Origin: Candidatus Caldarchaeum subterraneum
GTDB lineage: Archaea > Thermoproteota > Nitrososphaeria_A > Caldarchaeales > Caldarchaeaceae
NCBI GenBank assembly: GCA_937934305.1
Contig: CALHAG010000023.1
Span: 14,466 to 78,465, forward strand
Length of the DNA stretch: 64,000 bases
Direction: 5' to 3'
Shown here: in pieces, positions 18,764 through 27,897 of the stretch
How positions within the stretch are numbered: position 1 is the stretch's first letter
Layout of the letters: each line of letters opens with the position of its first letter
Program-made: the position numbers and the translations under genes
Notes under the pieces: model-generated
Seen by the model: the letters and a program-made list of their open reading frames with translations, nothing else
What the model was told of the DNA's origin: nothing
The model's database searches: none

Positions 18764-19742
18764 GTCCGAGGACTTTCGATGGATTATTGACGGTTATTTT
18801 CGTGACCACATCTGCTCCGATGTCACGGGAAAGAAGGCTCCAAATTCCCATCTTCATGTACTCGACGGGTTTGGCACCAGTCTGGCCCGCGTCCGTGACG
18901 AGTATTACCCTGTCTGGGCCCACTGCTTTGAGCAGCTCTATGGAATGATGGTAGTTGACTACCCACCCTGGCGCCGCTATCGGTGTTCCCAGCATGGATA
19001 TGATGGCCAGCTGTATCCATGCTTTACGCTCCACAAGGTTTAACGCCTCTTCGACGGTTAACAGCGTGAGCTCTTGGTTCGCATGTGTTACAACAAGGTC
19101 TACACCTTTCTTTTCACATTCCTCCGCGAGAGCCAAAATTTCTTCATAATATAGATGGGAAGTCTCGATGGCTACTTTATTGTCGCTGCTCGCCACGATG
19201 TCGACTATTTCTTTCACCTCGTTCTTCAGACGCCCGTTCTCCAGGATGGTTATCCCCGGGCCAAGGTTAGCGACTCGTCGCGTCAGGTCAGAGTCAATAC
19301 TCGGCATCCAGATGACTTTGGTGTGTTTCTTAAAATCGCCTTTTAACGCGGTTTTTACCACGGACGGGTTTAACCCACCAACCGCGTAGTTTAGTGTCAC
19401 TCCACCGTAGACCTCAACTGGCCGCAGCCCCCTCTCTGCGCACCATGGCTCCAAAGCCTCCTGTATTACATAAGCAATCGGGCTTGTCATATAGTAGTGG
19501 TCTTTGAAGGCCAATGCTTTCATACCTGCTGCAGAGGCTTCCTGAGATGTCTTAAGCATCGAGGGCCTATGAGGCATCCACCCCGTCGGTGCTCCGTGAA
19601 CATGCATATCAACAGTGTTACGAACATGTTGGAAAGCCTCTTCCTCGCTTATGGGAGACATCTCGGGAAGCATGTAGGGATAAGCTGGATGTGTAACCTT
19701 TTTCAAGTCGTCAACGGTCAATACTTTAGCTATTTTATCCAT
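18756..19742 (-). CDS. Metal-dependent hydrolase, amidohydrolase/TIM-barrel superfamily (uncharacterised subfamily)
   Basis: 328 aa. HxH-type motif VDMHVHGAP, later ETSH and VTHAN, and the late Asp motif VTDAGQ, in the order expected for amidohydrolase metal ligands. The subfamily call is from memory only. Confidence 0.55.
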   Translation of the reverse strand: MDKIAKVLTVDDLKKVTHPAYPYMLPEMSPISEEEAFQHVRNTVDMHVHGAPTGWMPHRPSMLKTSQEASAAGMKALAFKDHYYMTSPIAYVIQEALEPWCAERGLRPVEVYGGVTLNYAVGGLNPSVVKTALKGDFKKHTKVIWMPSIDSDLTRRVANLGPGITILENGRLKNEVKEIVDIVASSDNKVAIETSHLYYEEILALAEECEKKGVDLVVTHANQELTLLTVEEALNLVERKAWIQLAIISMLGTPIAAPGWVVNYHHSIELLKAVGPDRVILVTDAGQTGAKPVEYMKMGIWSLLSRDIGADVVTKITVNNPSKVLGLK

Positions 19743-19794
19743 AGTTGGTTTTCACCTGTCCTTGTGTATATAAGCGTTTGGATAATCTCGATGA

Positions 19795-20802
19795 TTAGCC
19801 CAACCTGTCAATGACGTTTTCGCCGAACCTTTTGAAAACATCATACCAAAGCTCGTGCGCCGGAGGCCTAATAATCACCTTGGATATGCCCATTTTCTCT
19901 ATATCCCGTAGCTTTGCTTCAATTTCCTCGAGGTCGCCGGCCAGTGCCATTCTGTCCGCTAGCTCATCAGGGATGAAAGACGCATCCTCTACAGCCTGTG
20001 TCCAAGTTTGAGAGTGTACGAGGTCGTAGCGGGCGTAGTCGTTTCTGAACTTCTCGACTTTATCCCAAAAATCACGAGGCAAATCGACTCCTAACATTTT
20101 AACAAGGTCAGGATAATTTATACAGAACCATGAGACACTAGGTTTAACAAGTTTCTTTGCATATTCTCTATCTTCATGAATGACGCAGAACCCGCACCAA
20201 AACAGTTCTCTTTTCTCGAAATCAAGCCCTGCCTCTTCACAGCTTTCGCGAACCCGTTCCACAGCCCATTTAGTTAAAGCGGGGCCGACCATGATTACCG
20301 AGCCATCTGCAACTCTGCCTGAGACACCAAGCATCCTTTTACCAGTCGCTGCCACGTAAACTGGAACCCTGTGGCGAGCGAATCTTATTCCAAACCTCCC
20401 TGTGCCCATGTCAAACTCCTTGCCCGCAATCAATTCCTGCAAATGTTTCACCGATTTTTCAAACTCTTGGACAGGGGTAGGCTTAATCCCAATGCGCCGA
20501 ACTGAGCTATCACCAGCCCCAACGACGAGCGCAAACCTTCCGCCCGAAACCTCATGCGCTGTGATTGCTGATGCTGCGAGGACGGTTGGATGACGTGTGT
20601 ATACAGATGATACAAGGGTTCCCAGTTTAACCCGGCTTGTAGCTGTGGATACTGCGCCTATAGTTACGAAGGGGTCGCGATAAATCGTCTGGGAGTCGGG
20701 GTAAAAGAGATAAGAATAGCCAAGCTTCTCGCCTTCGACAGAATATCTTAGATAAGTTTGTGGATCAGCGTAGAGCGCTCCGAAACTTATGCCGAACTCC
20801 AA
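19795..20802 (-). CDS. Luciferase-like monooxygenase (LLM) class oxidoreductase, probably F420- or flavin-dependent
   Basis: 335 aa. It resembles Mer/LLM TIM-barrel proteins (MEFGISFG..., GRFALVVGAGDS, VPVYVAATGKRML). The cofactor cannot be decided from sequence by eye. Confidence 0.7.
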   Translation of the reverse strand: MEFGISFGALYADPQTYLRYSVEGEKLGYSYLFYPDSQTIYRDPFVTIGAVSTATSRVKLGTLVSSVYTRHPTVLAASAITAHEVSGGRFALVVGAGDSSVRRIGIKPTPVQEFEKSVKHLQELIAGKEFDMGTGRFGIRFARHRVPVYVAATGKRMLGVSGRVADGSVIMVGPALTKWAVERVRESCEEAGLDFEKRELFWCGFCVIHEDREYAKKLVKPSVSWFCINYPDLVKMLGVDLPRDFWDKVEKFRNDYARYDLVHSQTWTQAVEDASFIPDELADRMALAGDLEEIEAKLRDIEKMGISKVIIRPPAHELWYDVFKRFGENVIDRLG

Positions 20803-20845
20803 GCTATGAGTTGAAACTTCATGGTTATATTATAAGTTATGCCAT

Positions 20846-21400
20846 ATGCGCATATGCCGAAAAGGAATTATGTTCTTTTTAATTTGGTTGGGCATGGTTA
20901 GTGTGCTTGGTTTGGCTGAGGCCTGGCGTAAAGTTTTTTCCTTGAAAACGCTCGGCGGAGGATACGTCAGGTATATGCTGCTATTCAGCGACTCGGGATT
21001 GTTGCTTCTTAAAACAGATAACGTAAGGCAGCTGCCGCCATGGAACATTGGCAGCACTGGTGATATTTTGACAGACATGGTGAACGTCTGGGTTGAGGAG
21101 TTGAAGAATGCTTTGAAAAAAGATGATGTGGCTGAATTGTTTTTGTCTGGCCGTTCTCTGGAGGAGGTGGTTGCGATGCTTGAGGAGAACAAGAGGAGGC
21201 TGGGTGTGAAGAAATTTGGCAAAGCAGAGTTGCTTAAGCCCGCTGATGTTGAGAGGATAGAGCTTTCAGGCAACGGGGTTCTCAGAATAGTTGCCCGAGA
21301 TGGCGGCAAACAAACCTACGAAATTCCACCCGACCAAACCGCAAATGTGGACATGTTTCTACGACGAATATTCCCTCACCAATACAGGGCGGTGAAATAA
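20846..21400 (+). CDS. Hypothetical membrane-anchored protein
   Basis: 184 aa with no domain I recognise. An in-frame ATG at 20870 gives a cleaner signal-anchor N-terminus (MFFLIWLGMVSVLGLAEA). It also fits better with the TATA-like GGTTATATTATAAG at 20823..20836. Confidence 0.5.
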   Translation: MRICRKGIMFFLIWLGMVSVLGLAEAWRKVFSLKTLGGGYVRYMLLFSDSGLLLLKTDNVRQLPPWNIGSTGDILTDMVNVWVEELKNALKKDDVAELFLSGRSLEEVVAMLEENKRRLGVKKFGKAELLKPADVERIELSGNGVLRIVARDGGKQTYEIPPDQTANVDMFLRRIFPHQYRAVK

Positions 21401-21452
21401 AATTACACATGTGCGCAGTTTCCTTTATGCGAGGAGCTAAATACTCTGAATC

Positions 21453-22259
21453 ATGTTTACAACCATGTCCGGCGAGTTCAGCAAAGTGATATTCTCTAAG
21501 GAGGGGGGTGTTGCTTCGATTGTTCTCAACAACCCTTCGCGTTACAATGCGTTGGAGCTGGAGCTTAGGAGGGAGCTTCGCCGTGCTTTGGAAGAGGCTG
21601 CAAGAGATGATGAGGTAAGGGTTGTTTTGGTTCGTGGGGCTGGTGGAAACTTCTCCGCGGGAGCCGATATCCGAGCTTTCCTTGAATGGGACCCTGCAAA
21701 ATGTGTAAGCATAGCCAACGAGGTTGGTACATCGATGGTTCTCGCGAACATCATACGAAGTATGCAGAAGCCTGTTATCGCTGTTGTGGAGGGATACTGT
21801 CTGGGCGGAGGGTTTGAGCTGGCGATGTCCTGCGACATGATTGTAGCGGCTGAGGACGCGGTTTTTGGACAGCCCGAGATAAACCTTGGTCTGATTCCGG
21901 GAGGTGGAGGTACACAGCGTCTGGCGCGTTTGGTGGGTGAGAAAAAGGCTAAGCAGCTGGTGATGACGGGTGACAGGATATCTGCGAGGGAGCTGGAGAA
22001 GATGGGTGTTGTGAACATCGTGGTTCCACGTGATAAGCTTGAGGAGGCTGTGAAAGAGCTGGTGGAGAAGCTGTTGTCGAAGCCGAGGATGGCGCTGGCT
22101 GCTGCGAAAGAAGCTGTTAACCTCGCCTTGGAGACAGGTCTATTGGCTGGTTTGAGAGCAGAGCTGATGCTCTTCGCCTCGCTCTTCGCCACCGAGGACC
22201 AGAAAGAAGGCGCCCGGGCTTTTCTCGAGAAACGTAAACCGGTCTGGAAAGGCAGGTAA
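21453..22259 (+). CDS. Enoyl-CoA hydratase/isomerase (crotonase family)
   Basis: 268 aa. Oxyanion-hole and catalytic segments GAGGNFSAGADI and VEGYCLGGGFELAMSCD. Confidence 0.9.
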   Translation: MFTTMSGEFSKVIFSKEGGVASIVLNNPSRYNALELELRRELRRALEEAARDDEVRVVLVRGAGGNFSAGADIRAFLEWDPAKCVSIANEVGTSMVLANIIRSMQKPVIAVVEGYCLGGGFELAMSCDMIVAAEDAVFGQPEINLGLIPGGGGTQRLARLVGEKKAKQLVMTGDRISARELEKMGVVNIVVPRDKLEEAVKELVEKLLSKPRMALAAAKEAVNLALETGLLAGLRAELMLFASLFATEDQKEGARAFLEKRKPVWKGR

Positions 22260-22260
22260 C

Positions 22261-23793
22261 CTACTGAGGCTCAATCGTGGCAGGCGGCTTGCTCGAGACC
22301 GCGTACGTCACCCAGCTAACCTTGTCAACCTCGTTAGCTATTCTCGAAGCTATTTTATCGAGCACCGTGTATGGCAGTTTCACATAGTCGGCTGTCATAC
22401 CGTCGACCGATGAGACGACACGGACTGTCACGATGTAGCCGAGGCTTCTTCTATCGCCTTTGACGCCTGTGGCTTTGTCGTCTCCTACTACTGCGAAGGC
22501 TTGCCACACCTCCTCCAGCAGCCCCGCCTTCTCCAGCTCCTCCTCCACAATAGCCGACGCCTCCCTACATATCTCAAGCTTCTCCTCAGTAACCTCGCCT
22601 ATGATTCTGACGGCCAGCCCCGGGCCTGGGAAGGGATGACGCTTGACCAGCCAACGGGGCAGCCCCATCATCTCGGCGAGTTGTCTGACCTCATCCTTGT
22701 AGAGTTCTCGGAGCGGCTCAACCAGTTTCATGCCGAAGTCTTGAGGCATACCGCCGACGTTGTGATGAGTTTTGATGACCGCTGAGCCGCCGACTGATTT
22801 TCCGCTCTCGACCACGTCAGGATAAAGGGTTCCCTGCGCAAGATGTGTAAAAGGTCCATAGGCTTTGCTAACCTCCTCAAATATGGCTGCGAACTCGTGT
22901 CCGATTATCCTTCTCTTCTCCTCCGGGTCTGCTACACCGCGCAGTCTGTCAAGAAAACGTTTGGAGGCATCGATGTAGATGATGTTTTCCTCGCCCACAA
23001 TTTTCCGCAAAATTTCAAGCACTTTTTCCGGCTCGTTTTTACGCATCAACCCATGGTTCACGAATAGGCATTTGAGCCGTTTGCCCACAGCCCTGGAGAC
23101 TATGGCTGCGGTGACCGTGGAGTCTATTCCACCGCTGACAGCACACAACACACGGCCTTCACCCACCAAATTCACAACCTCCGCCACAGCTTTCTCCAGA
23201 TAATCCTCCATCCGCCACGAACCCCTGCAGCCACATATGTCGAATACAAAGTTTTGTAGAATTTTTAAGCCATGTTCTGTGTGGGCGACCTCTGGATGAA
23301 ACTGTACGCCGTAGATGTTTCTCTCTTCATTACATATGGCTGCGTGAGGCGAGGTTGTGGTTGATGCGGCTGTCTCGAAGCCTTGTGGAATTTTTTCGAC
23401 GTGGTCGCCGTGGCTCATCCAAACCATAAACCTGTCAGGCAATCCTCTGAAAAGACGGCAACCATGTTTTAGGAAAAGTTCTGTTCTACCGTATTCTCGG
23501 GCCCTTTCACGTCTAACCTCGCCGCCGAGCAAATACGCAATCAGCTGATGGCCATAACATATTCCCAGAACAGGCTTGCCCCGAAGTTTCTCCATATCCA
23601 CTGTTGGGGCGTTGTTTTCGTAGACGCTCGCAGGCCCCCCGGAGAAAACAACTCCTCTATAGATGCTGATGTCTGTTTGCGGGAGCATTTTATGCGGTAT
23701 GACATGTGTTTTGACGCCTATGCTTCTAATCCTTCTGCTGATGAGGTGTGTGTATTGGCCGCCGAAGTCGACGACCGCTATAGCATCCTCCAC
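22261..23793 (-). CDS. guaA: GMP synthase (glutamine-hydrolysing), fused GATase + ATP-pyrophosphatase form
   Basis: 510 aa. GATase segment GICYGHQL and HPE. PP-loop SGGIDSTV. C-terminal dimerisation end KPPATIEPQ. Its stop lies 1 nt from the converging crotonase stop. Confidence 0.95.
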   Translation of the reverse strand: MEDAIAVVDFGGQYTHLISRRIRSIGVKTHVIPHKMLPQTDISIYRGVVFSGGPASVYENNAPTVDMEKLRGKPVLGICYGHQLIAYLLGGEVRRERAREYGRTELFLKHGCRLFRGLPDRFMVWMSHGDHVEKIPQGFETAASTTTSPHAAICNEERNIYGVQFHPEVAHTEHGLKILQNFVFDICGCRGSWRMEDYLEKAVAEVVNLVGEGRVLCAVSGGIDSTVTAAIVSRAVGKRLKCLFVNHGLMRKNEPEKVLEILRKIVGEENIIYIDASKRFLDRLRGVADPEEKRRIIGHEFAAIFEEVSKAYGPFTHLAQGTLYPDVVESGKSVGGSAVIKTHHNVGGMPQDFGMKLVEPLRELYKDEVRQLAEMMGLPRWLVKRHPFPGPGLAVRIIGEVTEEKLEICREASAIVEEELEKAGLLEEVWQAFAVVGDDKATGVKGDRRSLGYIVTVRVVSSVDGMTADYVKLPYTVLDKIASRIANEVDKVSWVTYAVSSKPPATIEPQ

Positions 23794-23840
23794 GGAACAG
23801 CATGTTAATCATCGCTTGATAAAGTCTTTTCAGCGAATAA

Positions 23841-24272
23841 CTAAAGCAGGCCAGCGATTAGAAGAGGTAGGGCCAGAGCCAGCGCCGTCTCAACTCTCGC
23901 AGCCGCTAGAGCCAATGTTCTCGCATGTTTTTTCCCAGAGGCTGCGCGCGGGCCCAGTATGAATGAGTGTAGGAAATCTAGGAGAGCTGCTGTGTAGAGT
24001 ATGGCGAGGGTGATTTGAGGTAATGGGGTTTTTCCAGCGGAGTGCAGTGTTAGGTAGGTTGTTGAGGTGATTAAGATGGGGATGGCTGTCCATGCGACGG
24101 GGTTGTATTTCTTCATCATGCCGCCCATGAGCCTCGTCCTATCCATGGGGTTATCAAGCTTCGCAAGCAGAGGGATGGCCGCGAAGGCGAGATGCGCAAT
24201 TCCTCCAACCCAGAAAACCAAGCCGTAGAAAATCCCTAAACGCGTGAGAAAGAGCGGGTCCAGCTGGCTCAT
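23841..24272 (-). CDS. Hypothetical integral membrane protein (about 4 TM helices)
   Basis: 143 aa and strongly hydrophobic, with no motif I can name. 4-nt overlap with the upstream membrane-protein gene. Confidence 0.5.
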   Translation of the reverse strand: MSQLDPLFLTRLGIFYGLVFWVGGIAHLAFAAIPLLAKLDNPMDRTRLMGGMMKKYNPVAWTAIPILITSTTYLTLHSAGKTPLPQITLAILYTAALLDFLHSFILGPRAASGKKHARTLALAAARVETALALALPLLIAGLL

Positions 24273-24802
24273 TTCGTGTATCTCCGTAGAAGTGCAACTG
24301 TCACCTGTGCGCCCGCTGTGCTGAGGACAAGGTTAGCGGCTATCGTCACAATCCATATTACTGCTAAGGCTGAAGGCTGCACATTGAACAACCCAACATA
24401 GGTAAGTATTCCAAGCGCTACAACGGCTTCGCCCAATCCACTTACTACGGTGGCCATTGTAATTCTCCGCCGCTTTCTACATACATCGGGATAGTTTCTT
24501 CCCATGCTCAAGTCATAGAGTAGCCCGGCAGCGACTGTGGAAAAAAGTAGATACGGCGCGGGAGCCGGAACCAAAACCATGAACAAGACTCCTGCTATAA
24601 GCGACATTACTGTGACGCTCCACATTCTTCTCGTGTAGGCTCCGGCGGCGCTCATGGCAAGTCCTCGGAAAAAGTGGGCGGGGTATCCGCGTGCCGCGGG
24701 GAGAACGAGACCGGTTATTGCTCCCATGAGGACGTAGAAGGCTGCGGAAAGAGCAATTATTGAGAGTTGTTTTGTGGAAAGACGCAATCCATACGAGGCC
24801 AT
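24269..24802 (-). CDS. Hypothetical integral membrane protein (5-6 TM; possibly ECF S-component-like)
   Basis: 177 aa and polytopic. The resemblance to substrate-capture (S) components is an impression only. Confidence 0.45.
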   Translation of the reverse strand: MASYGLRLSTKQLSIIALSAAFYVLMGAITGLVLPAARGYPAHFFRGLAMSAAGAYTRRMWSVTVMSLIAGVLFMVLVPAPAPYLLFSTVAAGLLYDLSMGRNYPDVCRKRRRITMATVVSGLGEAVVALGILTYVGLFNVQPSALAVIWIVTIAANLVLSTAGAQVTVALLRRYTK

Positions 24803-24912
24803 AGTGCGGAAAGCACCACAGAGTATTTAACTCTTCTTCATAAACAACAACATATGATAACCAACCCATAGACCAGTAAACGGAAAAATATCCTCCAGAA
24901 CCTGTACTGTGT

Positions 24913-25467
24913 ATGAGAAGGTCATCACTCGCTGGTGCAGTTTTGTTTATAGGGGTGGCCCAGTTTCTCTTTTTCCTACGCGTCGCGGAATCCATCTACC
25001 CAGGTTACAGTGTTTCAGGTAATTACATCAGTGATTTGGGTGTGGGGGTGGCTGCGCCCGTGTTCAACACCTCTGTCTCTTTTCTCGGTGTCTGCGTGAT
25101 TATCGCGGCTTATCTGAGTTTGACGGTTGTGGGCAGCAGGGTTTTCGCGGCCCTTGTAGCCGCTGCTGGAATAGGTGCTTTCGGCGTCGGCCTCTTTCCG
25201 GAAAATGTTCCGGTTCTTCACACTGTCTTTTCCTTCATCACGTTTTTCTTCGCGGGGCTTGCCGCGGTCTACGGGTTGAGGGTGTTCAACCGTTTGATGG
25301 GCGTCATTTCTGTGGTGTGTGGTATGACAGCGCTCGTGGCTTTGGCTCTTTTCGCCTCGGGTAACTACCTCGGGCTTGGACACGGCGGAATGGAGAGGCT
25401 GATCGTCTACCCTGTGTTAAGCTGGGGACTGATGCTGTCGGGCTATTTCATCGCGAAGCCCTCTTGA
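24913..25467 (+). CDS. DUF998-family membrane protein
   Basis: 184 aa. N-terminus AGAVLFIGVAQFLFFLRVAESIYPGYSVSGNYISDLG matches my memory of DUF998 proteins. Polytopic. Confidence 0.55.
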   Translation: MRRSSLAGAVLFIGVAQFLFFLRVAESIYPGYSVSGNYISDLGVGVAAPVFNTSVSFLGVCVIIAAYLSLTVVGSRVFAALVAAAGIGAFGVGLFPENVPVLHTVFSFITFFFAGLAAVYGLRVFNRLMGVISVVCGMTALVALALFASGNYLGLGHGGMERLIVYPVLSWGLMLSGYFIAKPS

Positions 25468-25960
25468 CTACTCTCTCGACTTCACCGCCGCATTCCCTGC
25501 ATCGGTTCATAGGACGAGTGTAAACCTTGCCGCATACCAGGCATCGGTAAACCCATTCACGCATCTCTCTAACAGTTTCACGACCCACCCCCCAGACACC
25601 TAATCCAAGCCTCAACGCCGTGTTCTGAAGACTGTAGTCATCTGTCACGACAACCACCTCTGCTCCGCCGACCCTCTCCTCATAAGCCAAAGCGAGGACA
25701 GCCAAGTCGGTTTTAGAGAGTTTGGGCAGGTCACCTGTCATGCGCGCGGTTTCTTCAACCTGCTTAATGGCTTGGGGAGATGGTTTTTTGAGTTTAATGG
25801 CCTTGGTTGACAGAGCCGTGGAAACTCTCTGCGGTGCAAGCCCGCCATACACCACCTCGTCCACAGCCTCCTGAACGGTGACAAGCTCAGCTGGCCCCGG
25901 CTCAAATTGGGCAGACAGAAGAGCGGTTGTATCGAGAACGAAAACCCTACGGCCTGCCAT
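25448..25960 (-). CDS. nob1: Nob1-type endonuclease (PIN domain + C-terminal zinc ribbon), 16S rRNA 3'-end maturation
   Basis: 170 aa. PIN acidic residues (VFVLDTTAL, VVVVTDDYSLQN) followed by YRCLVCGKVY...CRECGG. Overlaps the nadK 3' end by 14 nt. Confidence 0.8.
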   Translation of the reverse strand: MAGRRVFVLDTTALLSAQFEPGPAELVTVQEAVDEVVYGGLAPQRVSTALSTKAIKLKKPSPQAIKQVEETARMTGDLPKLSKTDLAVLALAYEERVGGAEVVVVTDDYSLQNTALRLGLGVWGVGRETVREMREWVYRCLVCGKVYTRPMNRCRECGGEVERVVKRASR

Positions 25961-26744
25961 ACAATCTTTTCCTCAGTCTTCTGCTAAACAACGGTCTCTC
26001 GTCAAAGGATATCATGTATAGGCTGTGAGAAGATTTCTCAACTCTAACCTCCCCCTTTTCAACAGGCGTAACCGTGTGTCCGTCGACGAGGGTTTGCGCA
26101 CGGCCCTTTACAACAGAAACCTGTAGAGGAGTATCTATCGCGAGAACCATGGGTCTAAGATTCGTCATCGAAGCCATCGGCACGACAACCACAGTCTCCA
26201 GCCTCTCATCCACTATCGGCCCTCCGCTGGAAAACGCATAAGCTGTTGAACCCACAGGTGTTGATAGTATTACTCCGTCGGCCACATCGGAGGCAAGCAG
26301 CTCACGTTGCTGAAGTCGGTACTCAATCACTGTCCCGGGCTTCGTCGAGGAGACATAAATCTCGTTCAAAGCATCCCCCACATACTTGTCGTCGACATAG
26401 AGAGAAAGCCTCATAATTTCTTCCACATGATAATCTCCTGTTGCTATTTTCTTCACGGCCATTTCCAGCTCCTCGGGCTCAATCACGCAAAGAAACCCGG
26501 CTCTCCCAAAATTCACGCCGACAACCCTGACATTCGGAGACCTTATGTGTCTTGTCGCCCTCAGAACGGTACCATCTCCTCCGAGAATCATCAAAACATC
26601 GTCAACAGAACTCGTTTGCTCAAACTCTGAGAGGGAAAAAACACGCCACTTCTCAAAATGCCTCGGAAGAATCTCCCTGAGCTTTTCAGCGGCTGCAACG
26701 GCCTCGGTGCGCTTACCGGCGTAGACAACCGTTAGTGACGACAT
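25947..26744 (-). CDS. nadK: NAD kinase
   Basis: GGDGT motif (ILGGDGTVLRATRH) and NE..V (ALNEIYV). I start it at MSSLTVVYAGK (26744). The track start at 26858 would overlap queC by 79 nt. Confidence 0.85.
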   Translation of the reverse strand: MSSLTVVYAGKRTEAVAAAEKLREILPRHFEKWRVFSLSEFEQTSSVDDVLMILGGDGTVLRATRHIRSPNVRVVGVNFGRAGFLCVIEPEELEMAVKKIATGDYHVEEIMRLSLYVDDKYVGDALNEIYVSSTKPGTVIEYRLQQRELLASDVADGVILSTPVGSTAYAFSSGGPIVDERLETVVVVPMASMTNLRPMVLAIDTPLQVSVVKGRAQTLVDGHTVTPVEKGEVRVEKSSHSLYMISFDERPLFSRRLRKRLYGRP

Positions 26745-26779
26745 CCCCCTCGCATGGCTAAGAAATGTAGCTAAAAACG

Positions 26780-27430
26780 CTATCCCTCCAGATACTCGGT
26801 GGGGTCTAATATCCCAACGGCTTTGAAGACCTCTCGTCTCGATACGCAACCGGGGCATTTGCCGCAGTGTTTCTCAAAGATAGACCAACAGCTCCAAGTT
26901 TCCCCGATGGGTGCGCCAAGCTCGAGACCCAGCCTCAATATCTCAGGCTTCCGGAAACCCGCAACAGGCGTCAAGATTTTGACTCGGTGGAATGGTGTAG
27001 ACTTGTTTAGGATTTTCTCCAGCTCGGTGAAAAACTCCTCTCCGACATCGGGTATGCGTTCTATATCCTCGCGGGTGTGTCCCCCTGCTATCGCATCAGC
27101 CTCCTCGTGAGAGGCCACGTACGCGGCCACAGAGTAGAAGATGATGTTTCTGTAGGGGATGACGATGTTAGGTAAACTGGGAAAGTGTTGGAAAACTCTC
27201 TCCTTTATGTGCTGGGGATAATCAAACAGTTCCCGGAGAAAGCTGACATCGTACACTATCGGCTCGCGTCCGCTCGCTGTTTGGGAGATTTTCTTGGCTG
27301 CCTCAATCTCTTTAGGGTTTCTCCTAAACGTCAGCAGAGTCAACGGCACAATTGAATGGCCTTCGCTCCGCAGTTTCCACAGCATTACTGTAGAGTCGAT
27401 GCCGCCTGAAACAAGCGCTACAACCTTCAT
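26780..27430 (-). CDS. queC: 7-cyano-7-deazaguanine (preQ0) synthase
   Basis: 216 aa. PP-loop ALVSGGIDSTV and the C-terminal zinc cluster CWS...HCGKCPGCVSR. Confidence 0.9.
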   Translation of the reverse strand: MKVVALVSGGIDSTVMLWKLRSEGHSIVPLTLLTFRRNPKEIEAAKKISQTASGREPIVYDVSFLRELFDYPQHIKERVFQHFPSLPNIVIPYRNIIFYSVAAYVASHEEADAIAGGHTREDIERIPDVGEEFFTELEKILNKSTPFHRVKILTPVAGFRKPEILRLGLELGAPIGETWSCWSIFEKHCGKCPGCVSRREVFKAVGILDPTEYLEG

Positions 27431-27897
27431 AGTGAAGAAGTGGCGTACTTTCCGAACCCTTCACTCATCCTGACATGTATTCTATGGATATTCGGAGGCA
27501 GCATCTCTCTAAGCCTCGCAGCTATGTGTTCAGAAATGTTCTCAACTGTTGAATCGAATTCTATCACGTAGACCGAGTTTGTGGGAAGTTTGAATTCATA
27601 GTGGCCTCCTACGCCGTCGAATTCGACCTTCACTTTACCATTATCCAGATGGCTCAAGTATTTCCTGCAGACGATGAGTTTGTGGTCCATAGAGTCCACC
27701 ACTTTCTTAACCATTTTCTTCAGTTCGCCGAACTCTACAACCATGTCGTCAACCATCTTGCCCACAACCGTGACGGAAACGGTTGAAGAGTGGCCGTGTA
27801 GAACGCCGCATTTGGGTGAGTTTGGTAGAAAATGTGCGTAGTCAAAGTTGATGCCAGGACCGCTTATCTCAATCTTCTTTAAACGCTCCTTGCTCAA
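27427..27897 (-). CDS. queD: 6-carboxy-5,6,7,8-tetrahydropterin synthase (PTPS-fold)
   Basis: 156 aa with the zinc/catalytic motif PKCGVLHGHS and the later EFDS...H segment. 4-nt overlaps with both neighbours. Confidence 0.85.
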   Translation of the reverse strand: MSKERLKKIEISGPGINFDYAHFLPNSPKCGVLHGHSSTVSVTVVGKMVDDMVVEFGELKKMVKKVVDSMDHKLIVCRKYLSHLDNGKVKVEFDGVGGHYEFKLPTNSVYVIEFDSTVENISEHIAARLREMLPPNIHRIHVRMSEGFGKYATSSL

